Of a stretch of 64,000 nucleotides of DNA, positions 26,372-40,774 are shown piece by piece (positions within the stretch are counted from its first letter, which is position 1; the number at the start of each line of letters is the position of its first letter). Made by a program: the position numbers and the translations under genes. This DNA comes from Eledone cirrhosa (taxonomy: Eukaryota), in contig OZ024755.1 in NCBI GenBank assembly GCA_964016885.1, positions 6,200,001 through 6,264,000 on the forward strand. The letters run 5' to 3'. Below the pieces are notes generated by a model. The model did no database searches, was not told the DNA's origin, and saw only the letters and a program-made list of their open reading frames with translations.

Positions 26372-26840
26372 ATATATTACAACACAACGGAAAATACTGT
26401 ATATATATATATATATATATACGTACATACAATTAGCCTTCGAGAATCGAACTCATGAGAGCAGCACCTTAATTACTAAGCCAGGTTCGTTCACTAAAAC
26501 GAATTAACTTTATCCAAAATCGAAACTAGGTGTTGATTCGTTGTATGACATTATTTCTCTTGCTTTGCAATGTCCATTACAGAAGCAGATTTAGTTGATT
26601 ACATGGTGGACAAAATAAAAATACAAAGAAAAGATTAAAGAAGTGAGGGTTATTTCACAATCAATGTTATTATACCCGATGACCAGAATATTGCCAGTAG
26701 AGAATCTCAGAAAATTGACAAATAATCAATTTCAGGACTTTGAATATCATCAGAAAAAGAATGAACAAGCAAGACACTCTTATTATGTTTGTTGAAGTAC
26801 TACTTTCGGTTAGTGAAGTTGCGTGGCTTAACGGTTACAC

Positions 26841-27097
26841 TGTTCGGATCAGAATTGTCAATTCGATTATGGCTAGAGTCTTCGGTTCACACTTGTGAGT
26901 TCTATTATTGCTAGTGTGTTCGGATCACATTTGTGAGTTCGATTATAGAGAGAGTGTTCGGATCACATTGGTAAGTTCGATTATGGCTAGAGTGTTCAGA
27001 TCACATTTGTGAGTTCAATTATGGCTTAAGTGTTCGGATCATATTGGTAAGTTCGATTATGGCTAAAGTGTTCGGATCACATTGGTAAGTTCGATTC
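26841..27097 (+). repeat. 38-bp minisatellite (7 copies) inside an S2-type SINE head
   Basis: Unit GTGTTCGGATCACATTGGTAAGTTCGATTATGGCTAGA with period 38. The SINE continues as ...TTCTTAAGCAAAGCACTTTAGTTCACG. Confidence 0.9.
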
Positions 27098-27464
27098 CAG
27101 GCGGCTGTCTGCATTCTTAAGCAAAGCACTTTAGTTCACGGTGTTCTAGACAACTTAACCGGCAAACAATGTTTGTACCTGTAATTCAAAACGTTTGTTT
27201 TATCACAGACTATGGCTTCTGATGAAGGCACATGTCCAACAAATTGTTAAGAGAGGAAATCGATTACATTGATTCCGGTATTGGCTTGTAGAAGCCAAGC
27301 ATCAGATCGGATTATTACCGGCACTATCGGTAGTGCGTCAAACACCATCCATTTAATAGAATTTTTCCTCCTCGCAAATTGCTGACCTTGTGCCTAATTC
27401 TGAAACCGTTATTAGGCTTTTCATTGCTGGTATTATCTGCCGGTCTCAATATTCTACAACGCTA

Positions 27465-27682
27465 GGGCGGTGGATTGGCAGTATCGGTAGAGGGTCGGAC
27501 GCCATGCCTGCAGCATAGAGTTACGGCCCTTTATGATCTGATTTCAAATACCGCTCAGGTTAACTTTGCCTTTCATCCTTACGTGGTCGATAAAATAAAG
27601 TTCCAGTCACGTACTTGGGTAGATTTAATCGTCTTTCCCCTCCCCCAAAATTGCTGGCCTTGTGCCTATATAAGAAACCAAT
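27465..27682 (+). mobile_element. SINE S1 full length with TSD
   Basis: CAATATTCTACAACGC flanks both sides (~27447 and ~27679). Confidence 0.9.
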
Positions 27683-28148
27683 ATTCTACAACGCCGCTAA
27701 AGATACAAATATTTACCAACGATAACAATAAGTAGATCCGAAACCAGAAACAATATCTTTGGGAAGTTGATTTCTTAACCATTCAGAGGTGAATTTTGTA
27801 ATAAAATCGAAATATTTAGTTAGAAACAATAACAAATATATAAACTACACGGTAAAGTTGAGTTAGTAAATTAAATCAACTCTGGTGCTACTGTTGGGTA
27901 TTGCTGACTTGTTTAGAAAATTAAAATATTTCTGTATTTTATTTTAAGAAACAATGCTTTTAAAACTAAATTCATCTTTTTTGTTAAGCAACGCGTAGAA
28001 TATATATATAAATAAATAAATGTATAAATAACTGATTCACTTAGTGAATAAGTGATGAAAGAGTGTGCACACAGATATATAGATATACATAAGGCTATAT
28101 ATATACACACGCATACAGATATATATGTTTCTCTATCTCTCTACGCAC

Positions 28149-28195
<47 letters not shown>

Positions 28196-28672
28196 TTAGT
28201 TATCAATGATATTAATAAATGGAAACTATATTTATACTATTATATACATCCCTTTGCTTATATTTAGATAGAACGACAGACACATACGGAAATTTGGGGA
28301 TAGCAGAGCTCACCATAAATGTACGTAGTTTCTATGTATGTCTAAATATTTATATATATACACGTGTGTGTGTGCGTGTGTCTATGTCTCTCTGTGTGTG
28401 TGTGTGTGTGTGCGCGTGCACACATGTATGCATACAAGAATAACGACGTTTTATAAATGTAGTGGTGTCTGTGATTAGATTGGTAGCATGGAATTGTTTT
28501 AGTTCATCATATTGAGCGCAGAATTAGATTTGTTTGTCTATCTACCGAACCGTTAATTCGAAATAACTAAACAAAAAGTTAAATTAAACACAGTCAAACA
28601 AAACTTGATACTACTACACCGCATAAACTCACACATTGAGAGACATACACACACGCTCAAAACACAGATACA

Positions 28673-28747
<75 letters not shown>

Positions 28748-28890
28748 TATATATACACACACACACACACATATATATATACACACATATATACACACAT
28801 ATATACACACACATATATATATACACACACATATATACACACACATATATACACACATATATACATACACACATATATACACACATACAT

Positions 28891-28921
<31 letters not shown>

Positions 28922-28998
28922 CCCACACATATATATACACACATATATGTACTCACACACATTTGCACATACATACATACATACATACATACATACAC

Positions 28999-29116
28999 AG
29001 GCACATGACTGAGTGGTTAGAGAGCTGGATTCGCAATCATGAGGTTGACAGTTCGATTCCTGGACCAGGGGATGTGTTAGGTCCTTTGACAAGATACTTT
29101 ATTTCACGTTGCTCCT
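28999..29116 (+). mobile_element. SINE S2 partial
   Basis: GGCACATGACTGAGTGGTTAGAG...CAGTTCGATTCCTGG...CAAGATACTTTATTTCACGTTGCTCC. Confidence 0.75.
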
Positions 29117-29264
29117 TCTAATATAAATATATATATATTTATTTATTTATTTATTTAGTATGGTTAACCTTGATGTAATATTATGGAGAGTACTCAACGT
29201 AATGCAACTCACTCCTCTTCGTTTGTGTAGTTGGTGGTGCGAGTACGGAGTTAATTATTTTTAA

Positions 29265-29490
29265 ATAGCTGGACTGGTGTAATTCCCTGAAAGGTTTTTT
29301 ATACTATGATCATTTCAATGACCGGGTTCAGTATGAATCCGGTGACATCATCAGGTATTCAAAATATAACAAAGGAATATAATAGACAAAATCGATGGGG
29401 CTGAAAATCAGAGACATGAGGGCGACCGAACATTTAGCAGTCTCTACCTCGACCGAGGTAGAGACTGCCAAACGTCTCTGATTTTCAGCC
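29265..29490 (-). mobile_element. Family C element with 5' fold-back
   Basis: Reverse copy of 17253-17440. Hairpin 29437-29451/29454-29468, and 29474-29490 is the inverse of 29399-29415. Confidence 0.8.
29301..29358 (-). ncRNA. Type I hammerhead ribozyme motif, family C (second copy)
   Basis: Same 58-nt motif as 17348-17405; the only difference seen is in the stem II loop. Confidence 0.8.
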
Positions 29491-29582
29491 TGATTTATAG
29501 CCTGATTTATAGCCTGATTTATAGCCTGATTTATAGCCCGATACGTTTGTATCGAACACATACATGCACACATACATATCAC

Positions 29583-29631
<49 letters not shown>

Positions 29632-29862
29632 TATATATAAATATATATATATATACATACATACACACACACACAGACACATTTATATATATATATACAT
29701 ACATACACACACATATATATATATATATATGTATATACATACATACACACACACACAGACACATTTATATATATATATACATACATACACACACATATAT
29801 ATATATATATGTATATACATACATATACACACATATATATATATATATGTATATACATACAT

Positions 29863-29905
<43 letters not shown>

Positions 29906-30060
29906 CATACATACTTACACATATATATATACATATATACATACACACAGACACATATATATATATACATATATACATACAGACACATACACATATATAT
30001 ATACATATATACATACAGACACATACACATATATATATACATATATACATACAGACACAT

Positions 30061-30131
<71 letters not shown>

Positions 30132-30160
30132 GACACACACACATATATATAGACACACAG

Positions 30161-30199
<39 letters not shown>

Positions 30200-30370
30200 G
30201 ACACATATATACATACATACACACAAACATGTATACATACACAAAGATATATATATACATACATACATACATACATACACACATACATACACATATATAT
30301 ACATACACATATATATATACATATATACACAAACACATATACATACATACACAAACACATACATACATAC

Positions 30371-30517
30371 ATATGATGTGTCAGTATGTGTCATCTTAGT
30401 CATACCCCATACACATATACACACTCACACACTCTTATACATACATATGATGTGTGAGTATGTGTCATCTTAGTCATACCCCATATACACACTCACACAC
30501 TCTTACACATACATATG
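30371..30517. repeat. ~74-bp tandem duplication
   Basis: ATATGATGTGT.AGTATGTGTCATCTTAGTCATACCCCATA occurs twice. Confidence 0.85.
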
Positions 30518-30766
30518 GATATCATGTCTATATACAAGCCTACATGTAAGAGCAGCCTACCCTCATACATGCGAGACAGGTTTTCAGCATATGTACGTAT
30601 AAATATGACGTAGACAGGTTTTATATGAAGATAATTATAAATAGCTGTTGAGACACTGAAGGAAATAGATGAGAGGAGAGATATTTTTAGTTATAAACTT
30701 ATAAATATATATGAATACACACATACACATACAGGCAGATACACACAACATTATATATACATTGTA

Positions 30767-30950
30767 TTGGCAGTATCGGTGGAGGGTCAGACGCCATGCT
30801 TTGCAGCAAAGAGTTACGGCCCTTTATGGTCTGAGTTCAAATCCCGCCGGAGTTAACTTTGCCTTTCATCCCTACGGGGTCGAGAAAATAAAGTACCAGT
30901 AATACACTGGGATAATTGGTGGCCTTGTGCCAGAAGTAGAAACAATTATA
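30767..30950 (+). mobile_element. SINE S1
   Basis: Similarity to the S1 consensus. Confidence 0.85.
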
Positions 30951-30959
30951 TATACATAT

Positions 30960-31097
30960 GGTCCAGAAATAGCCGTCGAAACGGCTTGAGCTCTGCCGTC
31001 GGGGTCATATCTTTTTCCTATTTCCCACTCTACTACACTAAGTATTGAGTAATCTGGTGCGTTATGGTCCACCTGGTTCATTACCACAATTCCTTTG

Positions 31098-31100
<3 letters not shown>
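30960..31100 (+). mobile_element. Family P, colinear (non-inverted) copy
   Basis: AGCCGTCGAAACGGCTTGAGCTC.GCCGTCGGGGTC...TTCCTATTTCCCACTCTACTAC...TTCCTTTGTTA(TA)n defines the element's true orientation. Confidence 0.8.
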
Positions 31101-31149
<49 letters not shown>

Positions 31150-31157
31150 ATCATAAA

Positions 31158-31206
31158 TTAGAAGATCCCGTAAAAGGGTGAGGGCAGCGATTCTTTGCTT
31201 AAACTG
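31158..31206 (+). mobile_element. Family D fragment (ribozyme-like segment)
   Basis: AGAAGATCCCGTAAAAGGGTGAGGGCAGCGATTCTTTGCTTAAACT matches 62038-62082. Confidence 0.7.
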
Positions 31207-31221
31207 TACATATATTATACA

Positions 31222-31260
<39 letters not shown>

Positions 31261-31720
31261 CACACACACACAGACAGACACACATTTAATCGTAATCATC
31301 TCGCTTTACTTTTATGTTATAATTTATCCTAGATGACATTATTAAATGTCTTTTTTGTAAAGGAAATTGGTTGAGTGTAATTTGAGAGAGAGATGGTTGT
31401 TATTTCTAGCAACTTCATCGATAACGTAGAATAATTTTTATTAGTTCGTTGTTGTTATTGTCTAGAAGCTTTCTCGCCATTACAATTTCGTGATTTTTTT
31501 TTGTTTGTTTTGCTGTCGCCTTCCCAAAGATTCCCTTCTTTATTTTAGATGGGTGAATGAAATGTGAGGAACATGTAGTAGCTACAATAGTGTTTAGAAC
31601 TCTTAACACCCAGCTATGATTTATAAGGAAATATAGAATATTAGGTTTGAAATTCAAATGTTTATATTATCGTTTCTATATATATATTGGTATGTTAAAC
31701 ATATATATATATGCATACAT

Positions 31721-31829
31721 TGCCCCCCCCCCCCCCCCAAAAAAAAAATGTGTACACACTTTGATTACCAGTATAAGCAATATTTATTAGAATGCTGTTG
31801 AAAGATGTATATATTATTTGGGGACACTA
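31721..31829. mobile_element. Decayed copy of the ~100-bp MITE
   Basis: Internal TACACACTTTGATTACC...GCAATATTTATTAGAATGCTGTTGAA is shared with 32484-32584. The left TIR has expanded into poly-C/poly-A. Confidence 0.7.
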
Positions 31830-32483
31830 TATATATATACACACACACACACGACCGCGTTTGCGGTGTGCGTGTACGTGTGTAGCGGGGGTGTTTTTTG
31901 TGATGTCTGAGCGTATGTTTTGGTGGGAGTAATATTCCATACCGATACATAGTAGAAAGAATACTAAGACTACTAAGGTAATGGATGAATTGAAGGTAAT
32001 AAACTGATTGAATGACTTTGTTGAATGAACCGGAAACGGCAATGACGTAGATTTGTGTGCCAGGAACTGTTTCCGGCCTATTATGTTTAGGAAAGCGTGT
32101 TTCTCTCCGGTTTTGTAGCCACCGTGTTGAGTAGTCAATTGAAAGAAATGCATACAAGAGCAAACTCACGCATGCGCGCCCTCCCATAGAAACACACATA
32201 CACACACATATATATACATATATATATATATTGCACATAAATGACGATAACGCAGTGAAGAATATTCAGGCATACTTATTTAATTATAAACGTAAAGAAA
32301 AGCCCAAACCAACGAGAGAGTGAGTGAGTGAGTGAGTGTGTGAGTGTGTGAGTGTGTGTGTGTGTGAGTGTGTGTGTATACACACACACATACTCGTACA
32401 TACTTATAAATATACATATATAGAAGCACTCACCGGTACATGTACGAACACACACACACACACATTATATATATATATATATA

Positions 32484-32584
32484 TAGGGTGTCCCCGCAAA
32501 ATTTATACACACTTTGATTACCTGCACAGGCAATATTTATTAGAATGCTGTTGAATCGTGTATACATATTTTGAGGGCACCCTA
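32484..32584. mobile_element. ~100-bp MITE, Tc1/mariner-type
   Basis: Imperfect ~27-bp TIRs TAGGGTGTCCCCGCAAAATTTATACAC / GTGTATACATATTTTGAGGGCACCCTA, flanked by TA. Confidence 0.75.
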
Positions 32585-32732
32585 TATATAGGTTGATAGA
32601 GAGGGATGGGGGAGTATGGAATACCTAACTCACTGAATGAGAACGTTTGTAGTACCAGATCAGACAAAACATTTGAATACTTCATCTACTATTTACATTT
32701 AGATATACATTATATATACATGAAAGTCAGAG

Positions 32733-33022
32733 ATTGACTTTGCCTTTCATCCTTACGGGGTCGATAAAATAAAGTACCAGTAATGCAATGGTTAATTGCT
32801 GGCCTTGTGCCTAAAGTAGAAACAATTATATATGGCAGTGGATTGGCAGTATCGGTAGAGAGTCGGACGCCATGCCATGCAGTGTAGAGTTACGGTCCTT
32901 TACGGTCTGAGTTCAAATCCCGCCGAGGTTAACTTTGCATTTCATCCTGACGAGGTTGATATAATAAAGTACCAGTAATGCACTGGTATTTGCTGACCTT
33001 GTGCCAAAAGTAGAAACAATTA
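32733..33022 (+). mobile_element. S1 SINE: partial plus full tandem
   Basis: Similarity to the S1 consensus. Confidence 0.85.
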
Positions 33023-33154
33023 TATATACAATATATATATATCCATTTATATATACATTATAAAAACAATTAGCAATGTAGGTTTAGCATAAAGGTTCAT
33101 ATGGAAACATCCAAAATATATTTATGTATAATTTATATGAAAGAAACGCCTGTG

Positions 33155-33480
33155 ACTTCGGGGTTAGAGAGTTGTACTCGCAGTCATGAGGTTCAGAGGT
33201 CATTTCCTGGACAAGGTGACGCGTAGTGTTCTTCAGCAAGACACTATTTCACGTTGCTCCAGTTCAAGTAGCTGTAGAAATGAGTTCCAATGACACTTGT
33301 GCCAAGCTATGTATGTTTGATTTGGCCGACGTTGGTGGTGTGAAGAGGGAAAACTGATATGCATGGACGACTACTGGTCTTCAACGAAATCACTTTGCCC
33401 GCACTTGTGCCTCGGAGAAGACATTTCTATGTACAAACCCTATGGTCATTCGTGACTGAGGGGCAGGGGTCGTGTCTCAT
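33155..33480 (+). mobile_element. SINE S2-related, long form
   Basis: Head plus core TTCAGCAAGACACTATTTCACGTTGCTCCAGTT...GCTGTAGAAATGAG. Confidence 0.6.
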
Positions 33481-34561
33481 CTACACGTGTAAGGGACTAA
33501 ACAATGTACTTGAATTGAGCTCACAATCCACGGCCTCTTGATAGTTGATTGGATTTCTAGAAATAGGTGTAAAATTTCAATCATTTTAAACTATGAAGAA
33601 AGTAGTTAAATTGTCTGAAGCTTAAATGTGAGGAGTGTGACTGGAAAATGTTGATCATAGATTTGCTTAATCATAGTTCAGCTTGTTCAGAGTCGATCTT
33701 GGACTAAGCATAAACTCGGATTAATACCGCACTGACGTCTATCAACATAATAGCATATACAATATAACACACACGTGCCTATACATTGTACACCCTCCCC
33801 ACACACGTCCATACATGCAAACGTATAAATATATACATACTTACACACTCATCCGTTCATATACACATCTAAACACATGCACACACCTGCCTGTGAATAT
33901 ACACACACGTATACAGACTGAATGATGCCAGTTGTACAAGCCGCTGAAAATTATCACATTTTCCCTTAAGCATGAGAATAAATCTTTTTATTTATTCTAT
34001 ACTAAATTTATTCTTAATTTCTGAAAATTGTCTCAACATTTCTGTGTGAGTCGTTAACGATCGCCACTAGGTTTTTGTAATCTTTCTGAAACTGAAATAG
34101 AATTTTCAATACATTAAGCGTTGTTGCATACGTCATTTCATACATCAACACGTGCTTCATTCATCTTGATCTTTACCACAGGCACATCCATAATAAGACA
34201 GTTATAACAACTAACTTTTTGTTTCCGATAGATGTCTGTTTAAAATGTGCTTTGGCGGACGTTTTACACCTAACTAAATCATTTGATATCCGCTGAGAAA
34301 AACTTAGTATTCGTCTAGAATCTGTCTTACTTATCATTAGGCTCTCGGGCATGATTCAAGGGTTTAAGTTAACATGTTGGTTCCCACAATACAGATAAAT
34401 CTGAAATACCATTTGAAATACGGAAAGCGAATAGTATTAGAACATTATTTCAGGTCCTGAAATCTCTTTTGATCCAACACAATAGTTGTAGTAATTTTAA
34501 CACAACAAAATCTCATGCATTACGATATGTTGAGAAAGTAATCAATGGAAACCATCATGGC

Positions 34562-34630
34562 TTTACTGATGATTTACTTCGAATGAAACAGTTCTAGTCC
34601 CGTAGAAGCCATTTCTATATAGTATATTTT
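34562..34630 (+). ncRNA. Degenerate hammerhead motif plus tail, family F
   Basis: TTTA-CTGATGA-TTTACTTCGAAT-GAAA-CAGT-TC-TAG with weak stems. The downstream part recurs in both orientations at 54555-54647. Confidence 0.4.
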
Positions 34631-34746
34631 GTATATATATTTCAGTTTGTTGTGTACCTAAGACGTTGTGTATGCGAAGGTGTGTACGTAAACATAAATA
34701 TATACACACCCACGGGTGCGCATGTATGTGAAGGCACGTGTCAAAA

Positions 34747-34785
<39 letters not shown>

Positions 34786-35174
34786 GGGGCGTCTGTGTAT
34801 GCATGTGATGTGTGTGTGTATACTGCGGATTCTATATTATGTGGTCCTCATATGTGTGCCCTATATACTTAGTACCTTTATTTCTTCTCTTATCTCTATG
34901 TTTATAACGTTTGCTCATATAATACATAGCGAAATATATTTGCTTTTTATTACACGTACTTTTAGAGAAGGTCTGCCATATCTTTACTTCTCATCAATAT
35001 CCTGTCTATATATATAGTTCTGTTTATATAGACACATATATTTTGACATATTTATATTTTCTACATTAGTTGATGCAAATATCTATCAATATCGGTGGCT
35101 CTACTTATTTTGTTTTTAATATATTACACCTGATTACAGAGATACACATTTGTATATACATACATAATACATAC

Positions 35175-35594
35175 ATATATCTATATATATATAAATATAC
35201 AGACATAAATACACACACATATCTATATATATATAAATATACAGACATAAATACACACACATATATATATATATAAATATACAGACATAAATACACACAC
35301 ATATATATATATATAAATATACAGACATAAATACACACACATATATATATATATATAAATATACAGACATAAATACACACACATATATATATATATATAA
35401 ATATACAGACATAAATACACACACACATATATATATATATAAATATACAGACATAAATACACATGTATATATATATATATATATATACAGACATAAATAC
35501 AAACATATATATATACAGACAAATGCATATATATATATATATATATATATACAGACATAAATGCATATATATATATATATACAGACATAAATAC

Positions 35595-35625
<31 letters not shown>

Positions 35626-35676
35626 CAGACATAAATACATATATATATATATATGTATATATATATACAGACATAA

Positions 35677-35713
<37 letters not shown>

Positions 35714-35722
35714 CAGACATAA

Positions 35723-35759
<37 letters not shown>

Positions 35760-35938
35760 CATAAATACATATATATATATATATACAGACATAAATACAT
35801 ATATATATATATATATATATATACAGACATAAATACATATATATATATATATATATATATACAGACATAAATACATATATATATATATATATATATATAC
35901 AGACATAAATACATATATATATATATATACAGACATAA

Positions 35939-35995
<57 letters not shown>

Positions 35996-36038
35996 CATAA
36001 ATACACACACATATATATATATATACAGACATAAATGC

Positions 36039-36069
<31 letters not shown>

Positions 36070-36163
36070 TACAGACATAAATACACATGTATATATATAT
36101 ATATATATATATATACAGACATAAATGCATATATATATATATATATATATATACAGACATAAA

Positions 36164-36207
<44 letters not shown>

Positions 36208-36250
36208 CATAAATACATATATATATATACAGACATAAACACACACATAT
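35175..36250. repeat. Minisatellite: TACAGACATAAATACA core separated by variable (TA)n
   Basis: Direct reading, more than 30 units; a related 14-bp unit array lies at 37080-37170. Confidence 0.95.
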
Positions 36251-36252
36251 AT

Positions 36253-36841
36253 ATGGTGGCTGCCAACTCGTTTTCGAGTACAGCCACTACTTCATATCCA
36301 TGTAGGATAACCCCTACCGATGCGCTGAACGAGTGTAACTTTTTAGTCCAGCCAGCGACTTGAGAACTCTGGTACAAACACTACACTTGTGACAATTATT
36401 GACACATTGTGCTGGGCCCATGGTACCATGTGACGACAAGTGCAGAGAGATCTCCAGATATAAAGCAATGCCTGTGCCGTGAAGCTTTTATAGTGAGCAA
36501 AGGCACTGCACAAAGCCAGTCCCACTCTCTTAACCAAGATGATATTTACCAAAAAGAAGAACAAGTCAACATCATTGGATACCATCAGAGTTTTCCTTCT
36601 CCTAGAATTCTGCCTTGACAAAGGCTAAGGGGGCATCTCTCCCGGTGCTTTTGGATGGCCATTGACTCTTAAGAGCGCTTTTGCCCTTTGACAGGTTTTG
36701 TTTTTAGTCCTGCAGGATGTCCAAAGTCAGCGTCCCCACCAATAAACCTTGGTGGGGTTCCCAGTTTAGTCGCCAATGACCCGACCATGAGACAGGTTGT
36801 ACTGGGATACATGTTACCAGTAGCACCAACTGGTGACCTGA
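36253..36841 (-). mobile_element. GC-rich insertion within a microsatellite, probably RTE-related non-coding part
   Basis: Sharp compositional boundaries. TTTTCCTTCTCCTAGA..TGCCTTGACAAAGGCT and TTTAGTCGCC resemble RTE-associated ends (from memory, unverified). Confidence 0.35.
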
Positions 36842-37168
36842 CATATACATACATATATATATATACATACATACATATATATATACATACATACATACAC
36901 ATACATACATACACATACATATATACATATACATACATACATACATATATACATACATACACATGCATATATACATATACATACATACATACAATCATAA
37001 ATACATATACAGATATATATATACACATATATAAATATAGAGATATATAAATATAGAGATATACAAATATACAGATATAAATATACAGACATAAATATAC
37101 AGACATAAATATACAGACATAAATATACAGACATAAATATACAGACATAAATATACAGACATAAATAC

Positions 37169-37205
<37 letters not shown>

Positions 37206-37480
37206 CATACAGATATATATATACATATATATATATATACATGCAGATATATACACATAAATATATATACAGATATATATATATATATACAGATATATAT
37301 ATACATATATATATACAGATATATATATACAGATATATATATATATACAGATATATATGTACATATGTCTGTATATATGTGTATTAGTGTGTATGTAAGC
37401 ACACACACATATAGAAACGTGCCAGAATATTTATTATTGATGTAAGGGTCTATTTCAGATACATACGTGTGTTTATAAGA

Positions 37481-37511
<31 letters not shown>

Positions 37512-40500
37512 TTGCTGTATCTCTATGGCAGTTATGTTTATATATTGATTAATTGCCAGGATTAGATAACACTTTATGGGCTCATACACATATATATACA
37601 TAGAACCAAACACCATATAGACACTGATGTACACAGGATGGCTGCATCTTGATTTAGTGACTTACCATGAGTTGCTCACACATGTATCACATGAATATGT
37701 CACTTTAGGCCTGTCGAGGGGCCTTTCGGTTGTAGTGGGAAAACCGAGTGCTTGGGTAACAAACCGAATATTTTCATATCATATCCCCGTCATAGTATAT
37801 AAATATATATTGACAGTCGATAGACTTTCGTCAAATACGATCGAGGAAACAATGTTTCCATTGGTCTTTCCAATTGATAATACCCTCTATCGGTCGTAAC
37901 TCCAGTTAAAAGGAGCAACGTGAAATACAGTGTCTTGCCCAATGACATAACGCATCACCCGATCCGGTAATCGAACTTACTACTTCACGATTGCGATTGA
38001 AATTCTCTAACCAGTCAGCAACACATTCCATGATACACAGGCGTGATATAGTTGTTTGGGTCAAAAGAAGAGCACCATATCCCTCGTCACATTTATCAGC
38101 TGCTCTTTAAATATAAATATTTTTTCCCAAATCAGTGAGAAAGGAAACATGTACGGACAACTACTTGGGAATCATTAGTTTCACACTCTAGATTATATAT
38201 TCACATTTATCCTGATAATTATCACTTAGCTTTGATAATGATTGCCTAAGTGGCAATCTGGAAACGTCATGAGAATTCAGCCAAGAAAATGACCAGCTCA
38301 CATACACTTAACTGCAGTTTGTACTTTTCATGAAGAAAGGTCAAATGCACTATTAAAAGTAAAAATTGCTTGTAGAAATTTTGAGGGAAGATATCAAATT
38401 TACTTCAGCATAAACTGCAGAATATATTGATTGAATATATTAATAAAATATTTGAGTAAATGTATCAGTTTGTTAAAATATAATTGACAAAATAAAATAT
38501 CAGAATGTATTTCAAATAAATATATTAATTTATGTATAACAAAATGGGGATAATTGTTTGACAACATACTGTAATAAGAGCTTTCCTATTATAATGTTAT
38601 TGTGTGAGCGATATTGATAATATTACTAATGGCTATGCAAATAATTGAATAGTTCAGCAGGATATTTTAAATTGTTTGGAGTAATGTTAGTGACATGAAC
38701 ATTAACCCTGGTGACAAATAACACGCAGTTGTATTAAAGTAAACTACACGATTATTCTGAAGCAATTCTAGTTCCAGATGATGCTAAGAACATAAATGAT
38801 AGAACCTTACTCCATATGTTATGTAATATATTTCCTAAAGGAACAACAATTTCCTTCACTGTCAGTTGTTTGTCTTCTATTCTTGATATAATATAATGCC
38901 TTTCTAGCGTAGAATGAGTCACGATTTAAATATCTCCTCAGGTGTATATCAGTGTTTTGATTTGATGAACAAGTACTTTACATTATCAATAGATTATATT
39001 ATAGATTGTATTTTCAAGTATGACTGCATTTACTGAAATGTGGGCGATTACATGAACAACTTCAGTAATAATAATTAGGTACAGCTTCAGAAATGATAAT
39101 AGTAATTTATAATTTAGGTTCAATGACAGCGATTTGTGGAGAGATGAACACTGATTATACTGACAACAGTATTTAACTGGTACTATCGACCAATAGAGGA
39201 TGAATGGCAAAGAAAAGCACGGCGAGATTCGACTCAAATATTTGGTCTGACGCTTTAATATTTCTGCCAATCCAGCACTCTTCATAAACAATAGGAATGA
39301 GGGAAATAATTATAAAGGATGCTTCTAACATAAGGAAAATACAGACATGGAGGGGAAACGACGAAATCAACCCCAGTTCGTGACTGTTATTCGAATTTAT
39401 TGACCGCAAAAGGATGAAAAGCAAATCAGCGAAATTTGAACTCAAACCGCAAGGCAATTTGTCTGAAATTCTCTTGATTCTGTCAATCCACCATACCGAA
39501 AATAATGATAAAAACAAAAAAAAATCAAAGATAATATTAATGACAAATTATGTTTTGCAGACACGCCTATTATTTCGAGATTTATTACTGGTTTTCAAAT
39601 CCTACACACCTAATTGAATATCCTATATACTTCCACAGTAGCTGTAATATATGATTTCAATATCTAATGACAATAATTGAGGGTGTAAACTTTAAAATGA
39701 AGGATTTATATTCACTTAAGATCGAATGGTATTCAGTAAATTTCCAACAACACTGAATTCTTCAAACAGGCGTAGGTTAGAAGTAAAGGAATGCGCTTCG
39801 CAAACATTAATTCCAGGGTTGAATACACCCCTACGCATGATTTTGAGCAAGTACCAATACAATAACCTCGGGTCGTCACAAGCCATGTGAGTGACATTAG
39901 GAAAACGTAACCCGTGTTCAAGCTTGCCAGATGGATTCTACGTGTGTTCCAAACGTAAAGCCCTTCCATATTGTGCCACGTTGAATCGGCTTAGCAATTA
40001 CGTGAATGGTACTCGTGCTTTTGGAAAAATCAACAAGTTTCGCATTAATTCACGAGATGATGTACAGTTGATTGAACATGTGACTGCTTATCAACATATT
40101 TGAATTTGAAACAGTCTAAATTTATAAGACCAGGAATTTTTGCTTTAAATAAACTCAAACTTAATCTTACATATCTACTAAGAGAAAATTATCACTTCTG
40201 ATATTAAACTGTCTGAAACCATCCTTGATTTTATGACAAAAAGCTGTTTATTTTTAAATGTATATATTTATTTAAAAGCAGTCCAACATAATTATATACA
40301 CGAACCATTGTTAAGTTATGTTGGAAATATCAGCTTAGTAATGTGAATGTTAGTTATATTACTAAATCCTTCCAACTCACTGCGTATTTCTTCAAATCAT
40401 TTTGAAAATAACCAATGCGTTCCATGAGAAATATGGTATGAAAGAAATAAATGATTTATATATACTTCTAGCAGAATTCAGTTCAGAAGATTATTGTCTA

Positions 40501-40774
40501 TACTATTTTAAAGTGACTATTTTTCAATCCCATATATTTATTGAATAGAAATGATATTTCCTATTGAGACCAAACTTAATGAGCTTCCATACTTGGGTCA
40601 TCTGACCTATGAAGGTTCGAAAACGTAGAATTGAAGGTCCAGGAGCTAAGCAGAGCATGTCAAATACCATGTTAAACGTATATTATAGATAGACTACTAT
40701 TCCGTATCTATTCTTTTGAGTGAAAACCATGGTAATATTATGACCGCATAACTGTTAATCCTGGAGGACATTAA

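Noticed and set aside
26722-26760. CTGATGA...GAAA on the minus strand
   Set aside because: Stems I and II cannot form; likely a chance match.
26841-27097. CRISPR-like periodic array
   Set aside because: Units are contiguous with no unique spacers, there are no cas genes, and the context is a eukaryotic SINE.
28553-37504. Long YI/CV/HT-rich ORFs (also at 7450-8683 and 53330-56853)
   Set aside because: (TA)n and (CA)n microsatellites lack stop codons in several frames.
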